A DNA stretch of 64,000 nt from an uncultured delta proteobacterium (lineage in GTDB: Bacteria > Desulfobacterota > WTBG01 > CAIYCZ01 > CAIRTM01), in assembly GCA_963804955.1 (NCBI GenBank), contig CAWDSQ010000011.1, forward strand, positions 94,399-158,398, given 5' to 3'. Position 1 is the stretch's first letter. Each line of letters starts with the position of its first letter. The position numbers were made by a program, and so were the translations under genes. Of the stretch, positions 54,532 through 63,752 are shown piece after piece. The notes beneath the pieces were generated by a model. The model did not search any database and was not told where the DNA came from. It was given only the letters and a program-made list of their open reading frames with translations.

Positions 54532-55920
54532 ATGGGAAATGATATCTCCGGCCAACTCAACACCTACGGACAGGAACACATTCTCAACTATCTTGAACGC
54601 ATGAACACCTGTGAACGGCAGTCTCTGCTGGAGGATGCGGCACACATTGATCTCAAACAGATAGCCGGGCTTTTCAGCTCCTACCGCTCATCGCGGCAGC
54701 AGGGGCATGAGCAAAAAGTCTTCGAAGCAGCTGAGGTGCTTGCGTTTCCGCCCACTGACGTGTTTGCCGCCGAGCGCGGCAGGCTGACAGCCCTCGGGCA
54801 GGACATGCTGCGGCAGGGCCGCGTGGCGATTTTTCTTGTTGCCGGCGGCCAGGGCACGCGCCTCGGGTACAACGGCCCCAAGGGCTGCTTTCCGGTTTCG
54901 CCGGTCAGGCGGAAAAGCCTGTTTCAGCTGTTTGCCGAAAGCATTATGGCCCTGCGCCGCCGCTATAACGCCGCGCTGCCCTGGTATATCATGACCTCTC
55001 AGGAAAACAATGCCGCCACCTGCGCCTTCTTCAAAGAGCACGGCTTCTTCGGCCTGGGCGCCGACACGGTCCAGTTCATCATCCAGAAGGAAAACCCCTC
55101 TCTTGACCTTGACGGCCGGCTGATCGTATCGCCGGATAAAAAGATTTTCAAAAACCCCAACGGCCACGGCGGCTCTCTCTATGCAATGAAAGATTCCGGC
55201 GCTCTTGCGCAGATGGCAGCCCTCGGCATCGACGAGATATTCTACTTCCAGGTAGACAATCCGCTGGCAAAGATAGCCGACCCCCTGTTTATAGGCGCGC
55301 ATGTGGAAAACCGTGCGCAGATGTCGACCAAGGTCGTGCGCAAGGTGGATCCGTCTGAAAAGGTGGGCATCATAGGCCGCGTCAACGGCAGGCTCGGCTG
55401 CATTGAGTACAGCGAGCTGTCGCAGGCCGAAATAGCCGAGCGGCTCCCTGACGGCAGGCTGCGGTTCTCCAGCGCCAATATGGCCATCCATATGCTGAGC
55501 CGCGCCTTTGTTGAAAAGCTCACCAGCGACCCTGAATTCAGGCTCCCCTATCATATCGCGGTGAAGGGCATTGACTGCCTTGCACCTGACATGGCCACGG
55601 TAAAAAAGATCGATGGCCTCAAGTTTGAGATGTTTATTTTCGACGCCCTGGGTTTTGCCGAGCGCTCGGTGACACTGGAGGTGCCGCGGGAGGAGGAGTT
55701 CTCTCCGGTAAAAAACAGCACCGGCGCCGATTCGCCCGGCACAGCCCGCGCGGCCATGATCAGCCAGCACCGCTCGTGGCTGCAGGGCTCGGGCAAGCTT
55801 CCCGCCGTGCCTGATGATCTGACCATTGAAATCAGCCCCCTCTATGCCCTTGATGCAGCCGAGTTTGCGGAGAAATTCTCATTCCCGCCAAACCTGTCTT
55901 CAACTTTATATGTCGAGTAG
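54532..55920 (+). CDS. UDPGP type 1 family nucleotidyltransferase (UDP-GlcNAc/UDP-Glc pyrophosphorylase)
   Basis: AGGQGTRLG..GPKG, PNGHGG, QVDNPL, IEYSE, KFEMFIFD and EFSPVKN motifs. Confidence 0.92.
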   Translation: MGNDISGQLNTYGQEHILNYLERMNTCERQSLLEDAAHIDLKQIAGLFSSYRSSRQQGHEQKVFEAAEVLAFPPTDVFAAERGRLTALGQDMLRQGRVAIFLVAGGQGTRLGYNGPKGCFPVSPVRRKSLFQLFAESIMALRRRYNAALPWYIMTSQENNAATCAFFKEHGFFGLGADTVQFIIQKENPSLDLDGRLIVSPDKKIFKNPNGHGGSLYAMKDSGALAQMAALGIDEIFYFQVDNPLAKIADPLFIGAHVENRAQMSTKVVRKVDPSEKVGIIGRVNGRLGCIEYSELSQAEIAERLPDGRLRFSSANMAIHMLSRAFVEKLTSDPEFRLPYHIAVKGIDCLAPDMATVKKIDGLKFEMFIFDALGFAERSVTLEVPREEEFSPVKNSTGADSPGTARAAMISQHRSWLQGSGKLPAVPDDLTIEISPLYALDAAEFAEKFSFPPNLSSTLYVE

Positions 55921-56055
55921 GATGAGAGCAGGGGCATCGGCCCCGGCTGACCGGCTGAAGGAGCGAAAAAAAACAAAGCGGTTGAGGCACAGGGCCGCAA
56001 CCGCTTGCTGATTTTGTTTGGTAAAGAAATGGTGCGGTGTGCGCACCCTGTCGTG

Positions 56056-56265
56056 TCACGCAGGTGTTACATTTTCCGCCTGAGGACCCTTCGGACCCTG
56101 GGTGACTTCCATGGTAACCTTCTGGCCTTCGGAAAGCGTTTTGCGGCCGGTTCCATTAATGGCGCTGTGATGTACAAAAACATCTTTGCCGCCTTCTCTT
56201 TCTATGAAACCAAAACCCTTTTCTTCGTTGAACCATTTCACTGTTCCGGTAACTAATTCTGACAT
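56056..56265 (-). CDS. Cold-shock protein (CspA family)
   Basis: GTVKWFN, KGFGFI and DVFVH motifs. Confidence 0.95.
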   Translation of the reverse strand: MSELVTGTVKWFNEEKGFGFIEREGGKDVFVHHSAINGTGRKTLSEGQKVTMEVTQGPKGPQAENVTPA

Positions 56266-56389
56266 ACAAACCTCTTCACTTAAAAGTTCGCCAACTTCAA
56301 TTGGCATTACAAAACGCAAGCCTCACGACGAGGCTGGCATCTAACCTCTTCGGCTGGAGAGCGCGGGCTCTCTGCCGGAAAGAATACAT

Positions 56390-56539
56390 TCAGTCTGCCT
56401 CTGCACTTCCGGGGCTATCCGCATCGGTTTCCGGCTGCAGCTTTTTTTTCTCTAACCGGACGCGCCTTTTTTCTTCCTGCTTTTTTTTCTTTGCCAAATC
56501 CCTCTGGCGCTTTTCATATTGATAATTCGGTTTTGCCAC
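56390..56539 (-). CDS. 49-aa basic small protein (absent from the ORF track)
   Basis: GTG start; MAKPNYQYEKRQRDLAKKKKQEEKRRVRLEKKKLQPETDADSPGSAEAD. Confidence 0.7.
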   Translation of the reverse strand: MAKPNYQYEKRQRDLAKKKKQEEKRRVRLEKKKLQPETDADSPGSAEAD

Positions 56540-57284
56540 CTTGCCACCATTGTAGGAGAAAAAAAGGAGCTTGCCTAGGAACCGCGCTGCTTTTCTGTAA
56601 TGAAGCGCGATAAGCGGCAGATACTCTCAGCGGATTAAAAAGCCCCAACCTTAATTTTAAAGGATACTATCTCATGTATTCGACCGAGCCATGAACGCTT
56701 ATTTCAAATTGTATAGATATTGTCAAGGGATTTAGTTTCATGCTCTTTTTTGTTGCAAGCAAAAAAAGAGCATGGCGCCCACCGCCCCCTCTTCTTGTAC
56801 TCCATTATAGGGGGTTGGTAAGCTGTAATTTTTTGGCATGCCATGCAGCTGTCCGGAGAGCCGTTATACGGCATTTCAGGCAGGCATGGTTACTCAAGTA
56901 GTATGTTGAGCTAAAGGCTGAACCTCCTCTCCGCTCCTCAAGCCCCTTTTTTTTGCAAAGCTGTTTTTGCTGGCGTACAGGCACAAGGGCTTTAGTAGCG
57001 CATGGCAGCCCCTTGTGCTCATTATGAGTAGATTGATTTGCTAATTGTTACTCATTTTGAATACACACAAGCTGTAAATATGGTTTTTTAGGAGTGAAAA
57101 AACTTTATTTATGTAAGCACGTAAGAAAATTTAAATTTCATGTGCAACATTTTTTAAATTTTTCTCTCTCAATGCAGGAACCAGCAAAGAATGCGTTCAT
57201 ATTGGCACAGTATGTGTAATATGACAAGGTGTCGAGCAAGACACATGTATTAAAAACCAGGCACAGAAAGACATATCAGCAGCA

Positions 57285-57368
57285 AGCCGAAAAAGGCAAA
57301 CCAGTCGTAAGATTGGGACGCAAAACCACCGGTCCTTACATATATGCAAGGATAGCGGGGCAGCCGGA
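57285..57368 (+). promoter_or_regulatory. Cyclic-di-GMP-I (GEMM) riboswitch
   Basis: GGCAAACCagtc-GTAA-gattGGGACGCAAAaccaccGGTCC...GGATAGCGGGGcaGCC follows the class-I consensus. Confidence 0.9.
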
Positions 57369-57395
57369 CAGGGAAATGATATACATATCAGTCCG

Positions 57396-57426
57396 GCCCC
57401 TCCGTGCAATCAGGAGGGGCTTTTTA
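57396..57426 (+). terminator. Riboswitch-linked intrinsic terminator
   Basis: gcccctcc-gtgcaatca-ggaggggc followed by a T run. Confidence 0.85.
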
Positions 57427-57517
57427 TTGCAAGAGGCATTGGGCTTTGCTCAAACCGGCACTCCTATCGCGCACAGCATTTGAAACGATTGCATCAAACG
57501 CTTATCCGGGGATTACT

Positions 57518-57904
57518 ATGACTGTGAATTTTGAAAAGCCGCGCATACTGATTGCCGACGACGATTGCGTCATACGTTCTCTGATCAAAGAGTTTTACGA
57601 GGAATACGACTTTGAGCTGATCGAGGCGGTTAATGGACAGGAGGCGGTTGCCCGGACCCGAGACTGTAACCCCAGCCTGATTCTGCTGGACATACAGATG
57701 CCGGTTTTGAACGGATATGAAGCAGCAGCCATACTGAAAAATGACGAAGCTGTTAAAGACATTCCGATACTTGTTATTACCGGTCAGGAGCGCAGGGAGG
57801 TAGAGAAGCGGATAAGCGGCATGTATGATGGGTATGTGTGTAAACCCTTCAAAAAAGCGGATCTGATTCAAGCGACCATGCAGTGCCTGCCCGGTAGACA
57901 ATAA
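57518..57904 (+). CDS. Single-domain response regulator
   Basis: IADDD, DIQMPVLNG and KPF motifs. Confidence 0.9.
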   Translation: MTVNFEKPRILIADDDCVIRSLIKEFYEEYDFELIEAVNGQEAVARTRDCNPSLILLDIQMPVLNGYEAAAILKNDEAVKDIPILVITGQERREVEKRISGMYDGYVCKPFKKADLIQATMQCLPGRQ

Positions 57905-58000
57905 ATAAAAAGGGGACGCGGAAAATAGAACAGGTAATCAGGGAACCGTACCCGCGTAATCCGGCTGTTTTGTGCGGGACCATCAACCAGTACAGGAGTC

Positions 58001-58357
58001 ATGCAGAACATGGAAGAATCTCTCTATGCAAAGATGCGCGCCAAGGCACGCTTCGATGCCAACCTCAAAGCCACCTACAGTATTAAGGGTCAGGGCGCTC
58101 AGCATCAGGAATGCCGGATCGCCAATCTGAGCTCAAGCGGCGCGACAGCCTGTTTTCCGCGCACAGAAAGCCTGCAGAGAGGGGCTGTTGTTGTTATGGA
58201 TATAGCCATACCCAATACGATCATGCGCATTGCCACTGAGGCGGAAATCATGTGGACCAAGCAGCGCTTCAATGAGTTGATAAGCGGCATCAGGTTTACG
58301 GATATGCTCAGCGACAGCATGATCCGGCAGCTTGTTAAAAAAGACCCCGGAAAATGA
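58001..58357 (+). CDS. PilZ domain protein
   Basis: RAKAR (RxxxR), NLSSSG (D/NxSxxG) and GIRF. Confidence 0.8.
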   Translation: MQNMEESLYAKMRAKARFDANLKATYSIKGQGAQHQECRIANLSSSGATACFPRTESLQRGAVVVMDIAIPNTIMRIATEAEIMWTKQRFNELISGIRFTDMLSDSMIRQLVKKDPGK

Positions 58358-58436
58358 TATGGCCACCGGATTCCAGCTGTGCTGCGCAACTTAGAAAAAG
58401 AAAACCCAATGAAGTCATAAAGGGTCAAAAAAAACA

Positions 58437-58632
58437 GTCATTGCGGACGACGTGAAGCAATCCTGCTGTAGTGAGATTGCCGCGGCCTGCGGCCTCGCAA
58501 TGACATTTTGTTAGAGAGTATGCGCAATGACACAAAACTCTATTATGAACCATGTACTGTCATTGCGGACGAAGTTAAGCAATCCCGTTTTTATTAAGAT
58601 TGCCGCGTCAGCGGCTTCGCTCCTTCCGCGCA
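58437..58632. repeat. Two palindromic gtcattgcg...gcaatc/gattgc...cgcaatgac elements
   Basis: Copies at 58437-58504 and about 58559-58632. Confidence 0.65.
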
Positions 58633-58797
58633 CTGAGCCTCGACGGATATCTGTACGAAGGCCATCAAAATTAAGTTGCACAGTCAGCTAGAGCATGTAA
58701 CTCAACGAAGACGGGTTGTCATGTCGAATCCACCACTACAGAAAAAAGGTACATGCTCTAACCTTCCCCATTCCCCGGCTATGAGAATTTTGTATCT

Positions 58798-58839
58798 AAG
58801 GCACCTTTGTGCCAAAAAAATAGCCTTTAGGGCTATTGT
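58798..58839. promoter_or_regulatory. Double-palindrome operator candidate, copy 1
   Basis: AAGGCAC-cttt-GTGCC-A run-AATAGCC-tttag-GGCTATTGT. Confidence 0.7.
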
Positions 58840-58923
58840 ATCATTCTTAAAAATCCCGTAAAATTGTGCCAATCAAATAATTTATTTTATTATTCCTAAT
58901 AACAATTATTAAAATTTATTAAT

Positions 58924-60765
58924 ATGGCTAAATCTGTCGCCGGCAAACAGCAGCTCCTGGAGAATATTTTCGATACCCTCGAAGATGGTCTGATTATTCT
59001 CGACGGCACTGGCATCATAGAAAAGGCAAATGCCTCCGCACAGAAAGTACTGGGCTATACTGAGCGGGAGCTTGTCGGGAAATGCCTGTCGTCTTTTTAT
59101 GCCCAAGACCATTATGAAGAAAATGAGCCTTCGATAATGAGCAGGCTCCTGGCCTGTGGGGATGCTCAACGCTGCGAAGCGAAATTGAGAAGCAAAGACC
59201 ATAATGTTTTTACTGCTTCAATGCAGGCAAGCTTGATTAAGGACCGGAGCGGCAGTATTCTCGGCGGCCTGTGCAGGATCTGCGATGTCACGGCAGGCAA
59301 CCTGATGGCACAGAGCCTGCAAGCGGCCGAGGAAAAATACCGCATCGTGGCCGATTTTACCTGCGACTGGGAGACCTGGGTGGATCCTCTCGGAAACCTT
59401 AACTATATCTCCCCCTCCTGCAAAAAAATAACCGGCTACTCAGCAGAAGAGTTCCTGTCAAATGCGAACCTGCTCAAAGAAATTATTCTGCCCGAAGAAA
59501 TCGAGGCAGTAAAAGCCAGGTATCAAAAAGCCCTTAAGGGGAAAAAGGAGCTTACCCTGCAGTTTCGTATCCGGCGCCGCGACGGCGGGATTCGCTGGAT
59601 AGAGCTCACCAGTCAGCCCGTCATGATTGAAGGGCGCTACCGGGGCCACCGGGCCAGCAACCGCGATATTACCGATCGCAAAGAAGCTGAAAATTCTCTG
59701 CGCCAGAGCGAAGAGCGCTACCGCAGGCTTACAGAAACAGCCCCCGATGCCATCATTACCGCTGACAGTAAACGCCGCATCGTGGCATGGAATTGCGGCG
59801 CGGAAAAAATCTATGGCTTTAAGGCCGAAGAGGTGCTCGGGCGGGACTGCAGCCGTATGATTCCGGAGCGCTTTCGGGCGCGGCACAATGAAATGTTTTC
59901 TCTGCTGCTTGAAAAGGGAGTGGCTGTTTCCAGCAGCGCCGCGATGGAAGGGATCGGGCTGAGAAAGGACGGATCGGAGTTCATTGCTGAACAGACCTGC
60001 AATACTCAGTGGGTAGGAACGGAGGCCTACTTCACCGTCATTGTGCGCGATATAACGCAGCGAAAGGAGATTGAAAAGAGACTGTATGAAAGCGAGGAAC
60101 TGTTTCGGCTGAGCTTTGAAAACGCGCCCGTCGGCATTGCCATTTTTGACCGGAGCGGAGCGCTCATGCGGGCAAACAGCGCCTTTCAGCAGTGCCTCAA
60201 CCGCACGCTGCAGGAGCTCCAGGAGCAGGGGCTGGATCACTTTCTGCACTACGAGGACCGCGATAAAAGCATCCGGGGCTTTGCTGCCGACCCGCAGCGG
60301 CTTCGTGAGCATATGGTCGTTGAAAGCCGCTATTTCATGGGCAGCGGCACCGTCATGTATACCAATCAGCACATACAGGGGGTTTTCGGCCCCGACGGAG
60401 ACCTGCGGTTTATTGTTGTGCTCATCGAGGATATAACCGACACCAAGCGGTTCAATCTGTTCAATGTGAACATTATAAAAAACATAAAGGGACTCTATCT
60501 CCAGCTGCAGGAACTGTCCGAAACTCTGCCCGACGGCCAGCAGTTAGCCGATTCTAAATCACTGTGCGATTATGCCCTGTCGCCCACGGAAACCCGCGTT
60601 GCAGCCATGATATACCACGGCTACACCAACGAAAAAATAGCCAGGCAGCTCTGCATTTCAGTAAATACGGTCAAGCACCATATCACCAACATTTACGCTA
60701 CGCTCAAGGTGGGAAACCGCCTTGAGTTCATCAGCACGATACGGGATAAACGTATTGTTATCTAG
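58924..60765 (+). CDS. Multi-PAS LuxR-family transcriptional regulator
   Basis: Four PAS/PAC repeats ending DVT/DIT; LSPTETRVA...GYTNEKIARQLCISVNTVKHHITNIY.TL.V. Confidence 0.92.
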   Translation: MAKSVAGKQQLLENIFDTLEDGLIILDGTGIIEKANASAQKVLGYTERELVGKCLSSFYAQDHYEENEPSIMSRLLACGDAQRCEAKLRSKDHNVFTASMQASLIKDRSGSILGGLCRICDVTAGNLMAQSLQAAEEKYRIVADFTCDWETWVDPLGNLNYISPSCKKITGYSAEEFLSNANLLKEIILPEEIEAVKARYQKALKGKKELTLQFRIRRRDGGIRWIELTSQPVMIEGRYRGHRASNRDITDRKEAENSLRQSEERYRRLTETAPDAIITADSKRRIVAWNCGAEKIYGFKAEEVLGRDCSRMIPERFRARHNEMFSLLLEKGVAVSSSAAMEGIGLRKDGSEFIAEQTCNTQWVGTEAYFTVIVRDITQRKEIEKRLYESEELFRLSFENAPVGIAIFDRSGALMRANSAFQQCLNRTLQELQEQGLDHFLHYEDRDKSIRGFAADPQRLREHMVVESRYFMGSGTVMYTNQHIQGVFGPDGDLRFIVVLIEDITDTKRFNLFNVNIIKNIKGLYLQLQELSETLPDGQQLADSKSLCDYALSPTETRVAAMIYHGYTNEKIARQLCISVNTVKHHITNIYATLKVGNRLEFISTIRDKRIVI

Positions 60766-60976
60766 GCGTTTTCACTCCCGACATCCAGGATCATCCATCC
60801 CCTGCTCATGTCAACGCTCAGCAATCCCTGCACCGGCTTTCTTCATTGTCTTCAGAAAATCATCGCCTGTGGCGATACTTCTTGAAGCAGGCACCTCAAA
60901 CACTGCGTGTTTTTGCTGACGCCCTTTCAGGGCGAAATCAAGCGCCGCTCGGGTGGCTTGATTTCAACCAAACCCG

Positions 60977-61018
60977 AAGGCACTATAGTGCCTAAAAAAT
61001 AGCCCTTGGGGCTATTGT
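60977..61018. promoter_or_regulatory. Double-palindrome operator candidate, copy 2
   Basis: AAGGCAC-tata-GTGCC-t-A run-AATAGCC-cttgg-GGCTATTGT. Confidence 0.7.
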
Positions 61019-61377
61019 TGTATCCGATAATATAATTTAATATTCCATTACTAAATTATGTTTCTTGAAAGCAGATGGCAGGAAAGGCAATGGCGAAATC
61101 AACACTCATCTGTTCACAGCCTTCATGGCATATAAGCAAAAAAGGAGGTCGTCATAACCGGCGTTTTCATACTTAGATGATCAGGCTAATGCTTAATAAT
61201 CGATACGGGGTTTGTTATCATATTTCTGCTCACGAAATTGATGCCCGGCAGAGTGCGTGATTGCATATTGAACCGGTTGTTACCACCGGTCTGTGTCTCG
61301 CCGTATCACCTGAGCAGGAAGGCCAATGGCGCCGTGAACGAAACTGAAACAAACTAACTGGAAAATGTAATTTTCTT

Positions 61378-61587
61378 ATGGAAGGCAAAATATATATGAA
61401 TAGAAAGATCGCTAAAAGCCCGCAATTTGATTGCGAGGCCTGTAAAAATAATCGAAGGTTATTAGAGCCCGGCTCTGACAATCAGGGAAAATGCCTGCCC
61501 TTAGAAGGACGGCTATGCCTTCTGGAGTCACCATTAGAAAGATTAAAGGCGCCGCAGTTGAGTGATTACACTGAACTGATTTGGTAA
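61378..61587 (+). CDS. Small Cys-containing hypothetical protein
   Basis: CEAC plus two further Cys; co-oriented with the downstream peptide. Confidence 0.35.
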   Translation: MEGKIYMNRKIAKSPQFDCEACKNNRRLLEPGSDNQGKCLPLEGRLCLLESPLERLKAPQLSDYTELIW

Positions 61588-61657
61588 ACAGGCGTCAATT
61601 AAAAAGCCCCTGTTCTTTTCTTGAATAATTATAAATAGCAAAGGAGGCTGGAGAAAT

Positions 61658-61840
61658 TTGGGCAACAAGAATCCAACTGATAAAAAGCCGTGGCAGAAGC
61701 CGGAACTGATTGTGCTGGTGCGCAGCAATCCGGAGGAGTCGGTTCTGACTATTTGCAAAAATGCAAGCGCTGCAGGCCCGCTCAATAAAAAGAAATGCAA
61801 CAGAGGGCCAAGCGGCTGTAGCGTTATCGGCACTTCCTGA
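61658..61840 (+). CDS. Putative RiPP precursor peptide (60 aa)
   Basis: RBS AGGAGG and TTG start; leader WQKPEL; three Cys in a Gly/Ser-rich core. Confidence 0.7.
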   Translation: MGNKNPTDKKPWQKPELIVLVRSNPEESVLTICKNASAAGPLNKKKCNRGPSGCSVIGTS

Positions 61841-62057
61841 CTATCTCCATTGTACGAGTAATGTTGTAGCGTCAAGACCGGCTTTTGACAGTTTTGATGA
61901 TGAATGGATACGCCTTTTTCCCTCTCTTGCTTCATCTGAACCCACACTCTTTTAGGTGCGCGTTACATTGTGCAGGGGGCGTTAGGTGAAAATATATCCG
62001 GCTGCATTGCAGTGCAGAGTAGCCTGCAGCGCGGTTTTTTTTGTGAAAGGATCCGGG

Positions 62058-63752
62058 GTGGAATTGCGAAGGGACATCGATTTTTTTTTACGATGGTGGT
62101 GGCTTTTGCTGCTTTGCATGGCTGTGGCCGGCGCTTATTCGTATTTCAGGAGCTCCATGCAGGAACCGGTATATGAGGCTGTGAGTTCAATATTGATCAA
62201 TCAAGCTTCCGGCACAAAGAGCGTCGATATAAATTCAATTCAGCTGAGTGAGCGGCTTGCGCGCACGTATGTTGAGCTGCTGCAGTCAGAGGCGATACTG
62301 TCTGAGGTTGTTTCTCATCTGAAGTGTCCGTTCGATGCCAAAACGCTTGCCGGCATGCTTCAGGTGCGTTTAGTGCGGGATACGCAGCTTATCAAGCTGA
62401 GTGTCGACGATACGGATCCGGTTCGCGCCGCAGCGCTCTGCAACCATATTCCTGAAATCTTCAGCTCATATAATACCAGCACGCAGTTGAGCCGTTTTGA
62501 TGAATCAAAGAAAAGCCTGACCAGGGAAATTGCCGCCCTTGAAAAGCAGATTATGCAGATGGAGTCCCGGATTGCTGCTTTACAGAGCGATACTGTGCCT
62601 GAAGCATCAAACAGGAGGGCTTCTTTGGGATCTGATTTGGTGCGTTTGCGGCAGAGCCGGTCCAACCTGGTGGAAAGTTATGAAAATCAACGTCTGGTAG
62701 AAGCCCAAACTCAGAACAATGTGTTTGTGGTAGACCGGGCAAATGTGCCCGGTTTTCCGATTCGGCCAAACATTCCCCGCAGTGTTCTGGCGGGTGTTGT
62801 AATTGGTTTTCTGCTCGGGGTTGCGCTGATTTTTTTTATTGACTATCTTGATGATTCCATTAAGTGCGCTGAACAGATTACGGATTGTCTCGGGCTTCCG
62901 CTGATTGGGGTGGCTGTTCTTCAGTCGGCTAAGGAGGTCGAGGCCAAACCGATTGCTCATACGACGCCCCGCGCACCCATCACCGAGGCATTTCGATTTA
63001 TACGGTCCAATATCCTCTGGTCAGCCGTCGATAAACCTGTACGCAGGATTCTCGTTACAAGCATTAATGCTCAGGAGGGGAAATCGTTTGTGGCTGCAAA
63101 TCTTGCTGTTGTTTTTGCCCAGGCCGGCAAGTCGGTAGCGCTGCTTGACTGCGATTTGCACCGCCCTTCCCAGCACAGGCATTTTAACAGGGCTAACAGG
63201 CCGGGCCTTTCGGGAATCATACTGCAGGAGACTTTCAATCCTGAAAATATTTTGTTCCCTACGGATGTTCCCAATCTCAGACTGCTTACCGCCGGGGCGC
63301 TTCCGCCGCAACCGGCTGAACTGCTGGGCTCTAATAAAATGGGGCTTTTTCTGGACGCTATAGCCGCGCAGCAGGATTTTATCGTTATTGATTCACCGCC
63401 TATTGCGGCACTGACGGATGCCGCCATGCTTGCCAAAAAGGTTGATGGCGTCGTGCTGGTCGTCGAGGCGGGCAAGACAAGTGTCTCAGATGTGAGGCAC
63501 GCCAAAGAGCAGCTGGAGCGCTCAGGCGCGCATATTACAGGCGTTGTTTTAAACAAGGCGCCTCGTGATCGAAGCAGCTATTATCATTATCACTACAGCA
63601 GCTATTATAATTCCACCTATGGGGAAGGTGGCACGCGAGAACCGGGTTTATTCAGGCAGCCGGTTTTTTATATGCGCTGCTTAGTCAAAAAGCTTTTCTA
63701 TCGACGTTTTTCAAATGAAAAGGAAAAACTGAGCCATTCTGTGCGTAGCTGA
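62058..63752 (+). CDS. Wzc-type polysaccharide co-polymerase/tyrosine autokinase
   Basis: PVYEA Wzz domain, coiled coil, EAFRFIRSN, QEGKS, DCDLHRP, IDSPP and Tyr-rich tail; likely GTG start at 62058. Confidence 0.92.
   Translation: MELRRDIDFFLRWWWLLLLCMAVAGAYSYFRSSMQEPVYEAVSSILINQASGTKSVDINSIQLSERLARTYVELLQSEAILSEVVSHLKCPFDAKTLAGMLQVRLVRDTQLIKLSVDDTDPVRAAALCNHIPEIFSSYNTSTQLSRFDESKKSLTREIAALEKQIMQMESRIAALQSDTVPEASNRRASLGSDLVRLRQSRSNLVESYENQRLVEAQTQNNVFVVDRANVPGFPIRPNIPRSVLAGVVIGFLLGVALIFFIDYLDDSIKCAEQITDCLGLPLIGVAVLQSAKEVEAKPIAHTTPRAPITEAFRFIRSNILWSAVDKPVRRILVTSINAQEGKSFVAANLAVVFAQAGKSVALLDCDLHRPSQHRHFNRANRPGLSGIILQETFNPENILFPTDVPNLRLLTAGALPPQPAELLGSNKMGLFLDAIAAQQDFIVIDSPPIAALTDAAMLAKKVDGVVLVVEAGKTSVSDVRHAKEQLERSGAHITGVVLNKAPRDRSSYYHYHYSSYYNSTYGEGGTREPGLFRQPVFYMRCLVKKLFYRRFSNEKEKLSHSVRS

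Noticed and set aside
57016..57064. NarL-like TRCTCA...TGARTA inverted repeats
   Set aside because: Short, imperfect and in AT-rich DNA; could arise by chance.
57203..57218. Sigma54 promoter TGGCAC upstream of the riboswitch
   Set aside because: The -12 position reads GTGT, not TTGC.
57229..57483. 84-aa ORF upstream of the response regulator
   Set aside because: It overlaps the riboswitch and terminator, which explain the sequence better.
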